Position numbers and translations under genes: made by a program. Shown one piece after another: positions 53,769-64,000 of a stretch of DNA of 64,000 bases; position 1 is the first letter of the stretch, and each line of letters opens with the position of its first letter. The notes beneath the pieces are model-generated. The model had not been told where the DNA came from. It worked only from the letters and a program-made list of their open reading frames with translations, and did no database searches. Origin of the DNA: Antedon mediterranea (Eukaryota; Animalia; Echinodermata); contig NC_092671.1 in assembly GCF_964355755.1 (NCBI RefSeq), forward strand, positions 24,874,070 through 24,938,069, written 5' to 3'.

Positions 53769-54576
53769 TCTAGAAAACTCAGATCTAGAAAACTCTGATT
53801 TCTAGATCTAGAAAACTCAGATATCTGACTTTTCTAGATCTAAAAAACTCAGATATCAATATCTGACTTTTCTAGTTCCAGAATGGAACTAGAAAACTCA
53901 GATCATGATTTGATTGGTTGGTCGGTCATTTGGATCGTTCCATTATTAATCAGCAGGTAGGTCATTTGAAATACTATCTGAGTATTATTAAAACTGATTA
54001 CTGTATACGTTTTCTTACTAATATTGTAACATGTAGAAGCGGCCTACGGCTTCAATAACAAAGAAAATACAGTGCATGTTACTGTTAAAATGTAGGCTTA
54101 AAAATTAGGTATGTACGAGTTGGTGTGGGTACGAGTTGGTTGAGGTACGAGTTAGCCAAGTTGGGAATAGGTACGAGTTATTTTGGGTACGAGTTGACCA
54201 CTTCTAGTCTAGTACTGTAGGACCACAGGCCTACTCTTCACGATACATCGCGATAGCGCCCACACGTTGAGCCTTGAATTGAGTTTGCTTTGCTAGGCCT
54301 AAATGCTAAGCCTACATTTTAAAAGGTGTATACTGTATTTCTTTATGATTTAAGTCGTAGGCTGCTACTACAAGTTACAATAATTATTATTATTAATATT
54401 AGTAAGAAAACGTATAATACAGTACTGTGTAGTATTTCAAATATGCTACCCTCTAATAATAATGGAACGATCCATTTGATGATCTGAGTTTTCTAGTTCC
54501 ATTTTGGAACTAGAAAACTCAGATATTGATATCTGAGTTTTCTAGATCTAGAAAAGTCAGATCTGAGTTTTCTAGA
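53769..54576. mobile_element. Foldback element with palindromic TCTAGAAAACTCAGA repeats
   Basis: Inverted arms ~53769-54100 and ~54307-54576; centre carries (GGTACGAGTT)n subterminal-type repeats of another family. Confidence 0.7.
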
Positions 54577-57336
54577 TGGGGGAAATGGCGGTGTTCTGTA
54601 TTTATAAAGCGTCTTTCACACCTGTCCGGCTCCCGCAAATAAATTGAACCTCAATGTTGTGTTTTCATGACACTACACACAGCTATGCGGCAATTGGTGT
54701 GCGCATAGCCACTTGGTGCATTGTGAAAATGAAACAATTCAATTTTATTTGCCAGAGTCGGACCAGAGCCAGTGTTACGGACCTTTTTATGGCCAAAAAT
54801 TCAAACAAAGCAAGTATTACTATATAATACAACATTTTATTTTGCAATGTAAAAAAAAGCTCACAATTAACATTTTGTTGAAATAACAATTATTTTAAAC
54901 ATACTGTTTTGTTTGTATAGCTTTAATAGTTTAAAGTTAGTTGTATTTGTAGTTCTTTTACAATTTCAAATAAATTAACTCACTTTCCTTGATCTTAAAA
55001 TGTTGTATAGTACAGTATAAGTAATACAATGTCATTATTATTAATCTGTTTAAGTCTGTTGTCCTAATTAAAGATGTATTGTCCCCAAAAACAGGAAAAA
55101 TGAAGATAAAATTAAATCAGAATTTGAATAGGTCATTTTACAGTTTTAATAAGGTTGTTCAATTCGATAGAAAAAAAATGCAAGATGCTAGATTTGTAGT
55201 TTACTTACTGTATTTAAAAATTTCTTGCATTGAATGATGTCCTAGGAATAGACTGAGTGACAACCAGCTACAGTAGTTTTAAACCTTGTTGTTTCTATAT
55301 GGCGTGCATTCATAAATCATTAATAGATGAGAAGCATTGTACTGTACATAGATCAATATTTATACAAATGTACAACTTAGACAAAAAAAGCAACTTTATA
55401 TAAAAATTTGAATGGTTATGTTATTTATTAATTTTACAGGGCGAAACCAAGATGAAATATAGATAGAATCTTTCTCATCACCCATTGTTTTATAAGTTAT
55501 TAAACACACCTACTTTTAAAGGTAAAACCATTCAAGTAAGCAGCCTCAAATTTTGGACTTGGAGTGGAGCAATTATAGATGGTGCACACTACAGGTTGAT
55601 TCTTGAACCTGATGAGTCAACAGCCTTGTGTCACACGTTTATGTACTGTAACAAGAATGAACGCACATTATAACAAAATTCAATGGCCATATACTATTCA
55701 ACGTTCATATACACGGTAACAAAATTGCACTTGATGACATAAGTGTTCTATTGAATATCATGTGATGCACAATCCAATCCAATAAAATGACACTTGAATC
55801 TACATACATCTACAAAATTATCATTATTAGAAATGGAAATGTATTATCAAGATAGTTAAGAATAAATAATGTGTGAATTAATATATGGTATTTACTATGG
55901 ATGTTCATATTTGTTAGCGTTCTTTTTACCTTCTCAGTAAACAGGAAAGTTTGATTTAGGTAGTAAATTAAAGTTTAATTGTTTAATAGTTTGCAGGATA
56001 TAGTCCCTCTTTAAAAACAGGTCTGAACTTTCTTGGCTTGTCTTTACAATTAGGAGTTTGCTTGGCTACAGGTACCTGTCAAAGCCCCAATAGAGATGTT
56101 TATTAAAAGAAGTTTGGTTATTTTTAGAATGCGGTAGGTATCTTTTCATGATGTGGCTGTATATTTCCTCGGTTTTCTGCATTCTTGATAAAAAGTGATA
56201 AGTAATAATTGAAGTAGAATATAGATATTTACTTTCTTATTTGTCAGCAAGCATAAAATCTATCTAGAAAAATAAGCAAAACAACTGACAAGTAAGCAAG
56301 TAAATGTTTTGCTATCTATCTGTAGCTGAGGCCTCACTGGCCACTTCTTTGAATTGATGTTATTACACATGAAGGCTTGTAATCATGCCACAATAGTGAT
56401 TTATTGTAAACTTTCCAATCTGTATACAACATAACGTAGCAATTGCATTATACCGGTCTTTTTCATAAGCATTGTAGAGGAATAACCTGGAACTTGCAGC
56501 CTAACTGGGCTGAATTGTGCACAGGTCTGGATGACACATACAGTAACTTTCTTCTCCCCTAGGGTCCCTTTGTGTCGAGTGCTGCCACCAAACGGCACCC
56601 ATCTATCTGAACAGGAATAACCCCCTACTCTTTCGAAAGATGAACTGGGTTCTTTAGAGTGCACACAAGTTTATGTTGGACCCCAGTTTTAATACCAATG
56701 CCATCAAGGACATTTACATCATTAAACTCACGTACACTATCAATTCTAGAAAAAGTTTAATATTGAAAATGCGGTCTTGGTAGCTAAAAAAATATCTTTT
56801 ACATGGAATCAAGTAACAGTCTTTTTAATGTTGTTATAGCGCATTTCACAAACAATTTTGTCTCAATGCGCCATGAACTTAGATATTAGACTTTTCAACT
56901 ACTGTAGTATGCTCTGCCCTAAGGTCATGTTGGTGCTTCCAACTACAGTACAGTGATAGTCTGTCTGTCCACGACAGTGGTTATGTGAGCTAGTACACTG
57001 GAGTAATATCCCTACTGCTCTCTTGGTTCTTTTGTGTACAGTAATCTACTGACCTGTCCTTGTTTTCCACCAGAACCATGAAGCGAGTGAGCTTTGAACC
57101 CTTTCCATGAGGCTGGATTATGGTTTAACTTTCTTTACTCACTCACTTTAGTGGCAAGTAAACTTGTCACAGTAATAACAAGTTAAAATAACATTCTTAA
57201 AGGAATTTTTTTGCCATCCTGTACAGTAATTGCTGTATCATGTGCTAAATAATAAATTTAAAAAAAAATGAATAAAAGGTACCTGGTTGCCATCATTTTT
57301 ATATAGTATCTGTAATTAAATTGATGCAAATATTAA

Positions 57337-57669
57337 AGGAAACTTTACCGAGAACCATATTTTGACAACGCATTAGGGATTACATATGATTTCAGAACAA
57401 TTGCGAGATTTACTGTAGCCTCATAGGCTAGCTACACTACTAGCTACTGAGTCGATCGGATTATTTTGGCCGTCGTTTATGAACGCCTAAATTCATGAGC
57501 TTTTATAATTTACTCACCATTGTACAATATTTGAGTACAAGGATTAGGCTGGATTACTATACTATACCAGATCGTCTTTATTTACCAAAAATGTTTTTTT
57601 ATGTTAACAACAGTGAAAGCATTTACATCTAATACCTTGTCAAAATATGGTTCTCGGTAAAGTTGTCCT
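57337..57669. mobile_element. Kolobok-like MITE
   Basis: TTAA TSD; about 30-bp TIR AGG(A/AC)AACTTTACCGAGAACCATATTTTGACAA. Confidence 0.75.
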
Positions 57670-59368
57670 TTAAATACATAAGTTATAAATATATATCATC
57701 ACATCATAACTATGGGTTTAGATTGAAGTTTATTTTAATATTTGTCCCAATAATTGCAATTGAAAAATCCATTTCCTTTGCATTTTAAAATATAGTATTA
57801 TCAATCAGTAAAAACACAAAACATTTACAAAAAAATATAAAAATTCAAAAATTTAATCTAATAAAATCATTAACATACAGCTTGCTTATAAAGTTAAAAA
57901 ATAGAAGTTGGATAAAAAGAATTATGTTGATGTACCAGAATGATCCCACACTAAAATGTAAGTAATCATCAATTGATAATAACTAGACAAATATACATTT
58001 TTCCTACATGAAAAAAAAGAAAAGTTTTTAGGATAGCCATTTATGCTGCCTTTGATAAAATAATATTTTCACAAGTCCAATCAAATGACATCACATGAGT
58101 TAGATAATAAATAACAATACAAAGTTTTTGTTTTGTTAAATTGATTAAGATATAATTGTCATTTGATTGCATTTAAACATAATGTTATTTTATCAAAGAG
58201 AGCATTGAATGGTTCCTATAATAGTTCTAGAATGAACATTTTTCTACTTTCTTTTATTTTATGTAAGAAAACGTGTATTATTTATTTATCCTAGTATAAA
58301 TGGGCTTTAAGGTGAGTTGAAACAGATTTTTCTGTACTGTACTGCAAGTCTGTAGATTGTGACCACTTAATAATAGTAAATGCTTCAATTGAATGACCTA
58401 ATACATAAGATTATGGAACTTTGAATTACTGTCTGATATTTGGTTTTATTTCGGAAAGCATCCAAAGTTAGATTATTCATAGTAAAGTTAAATGCATGCT
58501 TCATGCATCAAAACTAAAGGAGTTGTTTTGGCTTCTAAAGCAAGGATTTTAACTAATTTCCATGAGATTGGAAGTCATGTTTTTAACCACTAGTTTGATT
58601 GAATGTGGTTAAAATATGGCTCACATCACAAAGATGGTGATACTCACAATTAAAGATTACAGAAATGAATAATAAATATTCTGTAAATGTCTTTTTAAAC
58701 AGAATGTATGCTTTATTACTTTTCTTTTCTAAAAAGTTGGGTTGAAAATTAACATTTAAAAACAATTTTTACTCTGAAGTTGTATCCATTTTTAGTTTCT
58801 ACGCATGAATTACAGTACTCTGTTCACATCGATTATTATTTTGTCTCATTATTTGTATTGTTTCTTGCATAAATTGCATAAAATTAAAATATAATATTTT
58901 ACTTTTGCTATACAATTATGTTTGGTATTAATAAGTAAAAACGTTATTATACATGCTTGATCAATTTTCATTTTTGTTAATAAGAGTTTTTCAACTTGCG
59001 GCGACCAAACTACGTAATGTTAATTCATTGTGTACATGCATGGATATTATCTGGTATATATTACCTCGCTTCCCACGTTGCAGGTCCGGGCGATGTCCAT
59101 CGCAAATCAAAAGCTCTCTAATAAAAAGAGGACAATATTTTCTTTTTTTATTTTTTTCCATTAACATTTATTGATTCATGCTTGTTAGTAAAAATCAAAT
59201 TAAATTTTAAATTATATGAATTTATTTAGGACGTTGTGTGACATTAAAATTAATCAATAATATAACGTATTGTGGATTTTGTATCACTTGAGTTTGTACA
59301 TTTATTTCAGATAAAACTGTGAAACTATTTAATTAATCTCAAACAATTTTGCCCTTTAAATTTTATAG

Positions 59369-59560
<192 letters not shown>

Positions 59561-61564
59561 TAATTGTTACACAAATATTTAGGTTTTTTTTAGAGTTGTG
59601 AAAAAGAGTTAGATATCCAACATAAATTTTCAAGACCTAAACAAATATTCCTCTTAACATGGGTCTCTTTTGAATAGTGGTTGATCATACAAAGTTAGCG
59701 GAGGTTCTACTGTACAAATAGTTTGTATACTTGATACATGTTTGTGATCTGTCATATCTGACATACCGTACTTTATTTTGTATTGTAATATACCTAAGTA
59801 GAATCTTGTCATTTGATTGGACAATTCCTAGTCACATGATATTAAATAAATGTTATGTACAGTAGTACGCTGCAATTTTGTTATGTACAATCATGTACTG
59901 TAACTGATTTTGTTTTGCACATTCATTTTTGTTGCATAGCGAGTGTCCAACCATGCGCGCAAGAGGCTCTTGTTGACTGATCATGTTCGATCAACCTGTA
60001 GTGTACGCCGTCTATAATAAATTGTTCTAACACCTTAGCGTCCAATATTTGGAGCACTTCCTCTTTGAATGGTTTAGGCCTTGGCCTCTCGTAAAAGTAG
60101 ATGTAGAAGTACCATTTCACTAATAAACATTCATTTGTATAGTTGAAAAAATGTTCATTGTAATGTAATGTAAAGCATGTACAACGTAGTAGTAGTATCT
60201 TAAATTTATAGCTTATCATTCCAGTGTCTCATTCTTCAATTTGAATGGCTGCAATTGAAGTTTGAAACACATAGGGTAGTCCCTATTGAAGAGAATCCCT
60301 TGAATGCTGAATATCCTCATCTTGTGTTCTTGCTATGATGTGACGTTGAAGCAGGACTAGTTGCGTTTAGGAAAAAGAAATTAATTGTGATTTTTATATG
60401 GTTATGTTATTATAACAAGAACCAATAGAAATTTAGCTAATAAAAAACAGATATTTCATTCTTGAATATCTGACCAATATAACTAAAACATTTTATATAA
60501 AAAAAAAAAAATGTTAGTTTCACAAGCTAAAAAAAAGGCTTGATTTAGTACAGATCTAACTTAACTTCAATTGACATGAGTCTACACTATCAAACTTTAT
60601 GTGACAAAAAAAATGTGATGTGCCCATGGATACGATCACTACCATATTTGGGCACATTTGTTTGTCAAAGTAGTTTAATAATGTAGGACAGAACTTTAAA
60701 AAGATGTTGTCCCCGAAAATCAGACTTTTAATAGGTCGTTTTAATGAAGTTATTCAATTCAACAGAAAAAAAATGATTTTACTTATAAAAGACAAAACAA
60801 ACAGTTAAATTTAACCAGCTTTAAATTTAAGTTTTTTTCAGGTAAATAATTTTTTTGGTGATCCAATTTTTTAGTTAAAGTGAATTAATATTATGTGATA
60901 TTAAAATGGCATATTCAACAGAATATTTTTCAGGTTGAAAATATCTTTGTCTTGAATGAAATCTTGATGTACTAGGTATCGATCAAATTGGGTTGAAGGC
61001 TTTAGTGTAACCGTAAGCCATTACAAAAATGAGGAACTGGTTTTAGTTTGTGTATCATGGATCATTAGTATGAATTAATTCTGTTTTACTGGCTCCTTGG
61101 ATTTGTGTGTTTTTCAGTTTGACATTTCAAAATATATTTTTAGCCTTCACTGAGTTTTAACCTTTTTCCACTTTAATTTTATTTGAGAAATGAAATGCTA
61201 TAACGGAACCTATTATATTATATTATAATTAACTAACTCAAAGGAATATTTCTATGTACAATATTTTTTTCGATTTTGTATTATGAAAGTATCTTATATA
61301 TGCTGGATTTAGGTTCTCTATTCTCAAGGTTGAACAGTTGGGTATATAATGTTTATTTTGTAAAGGCTAAACCACCTATAGTTAAAGTGATATTGCCTAT
61401 TGCTAGTTCGTGGCCTATGTTCATATAATGTAAATTAAATTAAAACTTTAATTGAGAAAAATGCCTATGGAACACTGGGGGTAATGTTTCCTCATGCTGC
61501 AGCTGTGGTTAATGCATCAGTATTTAGACATACTGTGCAATTGCTCAGAAGAGGATTCGTAAGG

Positions 61565-61906
61565 GGATTACAGGGTCCTAACCTAGTCGTATCCCACATC
61601 TCGAACAAGGATTACAGGGTTCTAACCTAGTCGTATCCCACATCTCGAACGAGGATTACAGGGTCCTAACCTAGTCGTATCCCACATCTCGAAAGAGGAT
61701 TACAGGGTCCTATTAATGTCATGTCCCACATCTCGAAAGAGGATTACAGGGTCCTATTAATGTCATGTCCCACATCTCGAAAGAGGATTACAGGGTCCTA
61801 TTAATGTCATGTCCCACATCTCGAAAGAGGATTACAGGGTCCTATTAATGTCATGTCCCACATCTCGAAAGAGGATTACAGGGTCCTATTAAATTCATGT
61901 CCCACA
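61565..61906. repeat. 44-bp minisatellite, about 8 copies in two variant blocks
   Basis: GGATTACAGGGTCCTAACCTAGTCGTATCCCACATCTCGAA.. for 3 units, then GGATTACAGGGTCCTATTAATGTCATGTCCCACATCTCGAAAGA for about 5 units. Confidence 0.92.
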
Positions 61907-61914
61907 ACTTGTAA

Positions 61915-62325
61915 TGAATAAGAAAAGAGTGCAGTCTAAGAAAGAAGAGTGTAGTTTTAAAATAGGGATGAGTGCAGATTCAGAATAAGGAAGGAGTGCC
62001 ATTTTAGATGGAAGACTGCAGTCTTAGAGTGAGGAGTGCAGATTCAAGAATAAGGAAGAGTGCAGTTTCAGATGAAAGATTGTAGCTTTGGGACAAGTGC
62101 AGATATTCAGAATAAGGAAGAGTGTTGTTTTAGAATAGGGAGGATTGCAGTTTTAGAATAAGGAAGCATGCCCTTTTAGATGGAAGACTGCAGTCTTAGA
62201 ATAGATAAGAGTTGACAGGATAAGATAGGAAGACTGCAGTTATAGAATAAGGAAGAGTGCTGTTTTAGAATAAGGAAGAATGCTGTTTTAGAATAAGGAA
62301 GAGTGCATTTTTAGAATAAGGAAGG
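61915..62325. repeat. Degenerate ~23-bp purine-rich tandem repeat
   Basis: (TTTTAGAATAAGGAAGAGTGCAG)-like units. Confidence 0.8.
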
Positions 62326-63094
62326 AACATGTCAAATCAATCTTGTGTAGTTGACGATTATACACTAATTCCCTCATATTTAAATTTAATTGCAACCTGT
62401 ATACCTCCTACTAGGTACTGTACACTAATTTCCCCAACACTTTAATAAAGTACAAATTTATTGGGAATGTCAAGGCATCGACATGATTGGTTAATACAGG
62501 ATGACAATCTTAAACTCTTCTGAGAATATGCTTTAAAATCGACAAGAACTTCACACCATTTTATAAACGCTCTGAGTGACAATAATAACAGGAAACTACA
62601 GTACCCGAAGGATTCTCCTCCTTGTAATTACTTTTTGAGTAATCCTGCTAACAAACAGACAAACACACGTAATCAACTACAATACCTCCTTGGCAGAGGT
62701 AAATAAGAAAGACTGAAGTTTTAGATTAAGAAAAAGTGCAATTTAGAAAAGGAAGAATGCAGTTTTGTTAAATTATAATAATCAATAAACGTAATAGTAT
62801 AGGCATTCATTAATATTAGAGTACTGTAGTTTCCTGTTATTATTGTCACTCAGAGCGTTTATAAAATGGTGTGAAGTTCTTGTCGCTTTTAAAGCATATT
62901 CTCAGAAGAGTTTAAGATTGTCATCCTGTATTAACCAATCATGTCGATGCCTTGACATTCCCAATAAATTTGTACTTTATTAAAGTGTTGGGGAAATTAG
63001 TGTACCTAGTAGGAGGTATACAGGTTCCAATTAAATTTAAATATGAGGGAATTGGTGTATAATCGTCAACTACAAAAGATTGATTTGACATGTT
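62326..63094. repeat. Near-perfect ~275-bp inverted repeat with a 216-bp spacer
   Basis: 62326-62604 is the reverse complement of 62821-63094, with about 4 substitutions and one 5-nt indel. Confidence 0.93.
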
Positions 63095-63649
63095 AGGCAT
63101 ATGGCAAGTTGTTTTTAAGTATTTTTAAAAATATTATGAGTTGGAATGATTTTTCTATGTCATATAGAACCTTCTATTCAGTACCGTTTTACTTCTTAAT
63201 TATTGTATAGAATAGCATTTTCATAATTTTTACTCGGGTACCCGAGTCTAGGACTCACTCATTTTCTCCTCCTCCATCTGGACACTATTGAGTAAAAAGT
63301 GCGATTTTGAAAGTACTACTCCTCCCTTATTAGTTGTAGTATTGAGCTGGGATTTGGCATGAATATACTATGTCCTCAAAGCTATAGAGCCGGATTTTTT
63401 ATTTTCAAACCGGATGCAGCCATATGACGCCTCGAAGATGGTACCATATAGCCGTATTTGGTAGGTTATTGATGTGTATGTGACGTCACATCCCGTCTTA
63501 TGATGTCATTACAGCTTCATTTGCTGTTCCCCGAGTATCGCACATTCATGCTTTTTTGTTAATTTTAATTAAAAAAAATTTTTAATTAAAATTTGTTTAA
63601 TTAAGAAGCCACAATGTGTGACACACCACAGCGTTATGTTGTTATATTT

Positions 63650-63722
63650 GGCTTCTTGGCGTAGTGGTTATCACGTCTGTTTAATACGCAGAAGGTCCTC
63701 GGTTCGAAACCGGGCGAAACTT
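63650..63722 (+). tRNA. tRNA-Val-derived copy with AAT anticodon, probable pseudogene
   Basis: A box (TGGCGTAGTGG), B box (GGTTCGAAAC), anticodon arm TCTGT-TTAATAC-GCAGA, poly-T terminator. Acceptor stem has two mismatches. Confidence 0.7.
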
Positions 63723-63920
63723 TTTTTTTTTTAACTTTAGGGTGAAAAGTACTGTATACGCAATATGATATACAGTATATCTTTTTTAAATACTTATTTT
63801 GTGTAATCGGTATAATTATCACTTTTACACATGTTTATTTTGCTTTGTGCTTATTACCATATTTATTTGTAATTTAAATGGATTAAAAAACTTTGTGTAA
63901 CCCACATTTTTGGTGCAAGA

Positions 63921-63993
63921 GGTTTCGTAGTGTAGTGGTTAACAAGTCTGCTTAACACAAAGAAGGTCCCCGGTGCGAGCCCTGGCGAAACCT
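63921..63993 (+). pseudogene. tRNA-Val(AAC) pseudogene
   Basis: Perfect acceptor stem GGTTTCG/CGAAACC and TTAACAC loop, but mismatched D, anticodon and T stems, and TTC changed to TGC in the T loop. Confidence 0.75.
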
Positions 63994-64000
63994 ATTTTTC

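Overview
AT-rich, intron-rich eukaryotic genomic DNA from a marine invertebrate; an echinoderm such as a crinoid is plausible but this is inference from repeat content only. Three host genes can be assembled by hand from splice sites. (1) PITRM1 (mitochondrial presequence protease): minus strand, first seven coding exons from 23948 down to 8888, continuing beyond the left edge. (2) An unannotated two-exon secreted precursor at 26756-27391 (+): signal peptide, a putative amidated pro-peptide ending in GKR, and a 10-cysteine prokineticin/colipase-type domain. (3) ULK4 pseudokinase: plus strand, coding exons at 32704, 42394 and 59369, continuing beyond the right edge. The introns are packed with nested mobile DNA. 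The largest is a structurally complete but frameshifted DIRS1-type tyrosine-recombinase retrotransposon (ITRs, ICR, gag, RT/RNaseH/MT, YR) inserted into a non-autonomous Helitron. Others include a Sola3 derivative carrying a Deu/Nin-type SINE, Academ-, hAT-, Kolobok- and Harbinger-like elements, foldback elements, several minisatellites, a near-perfect 275-bp inverted duplication and two degenerate tRNA-Val-derived copies. All coordinates were read by eye. Family assignments rest on recalled motifs, not database searches.
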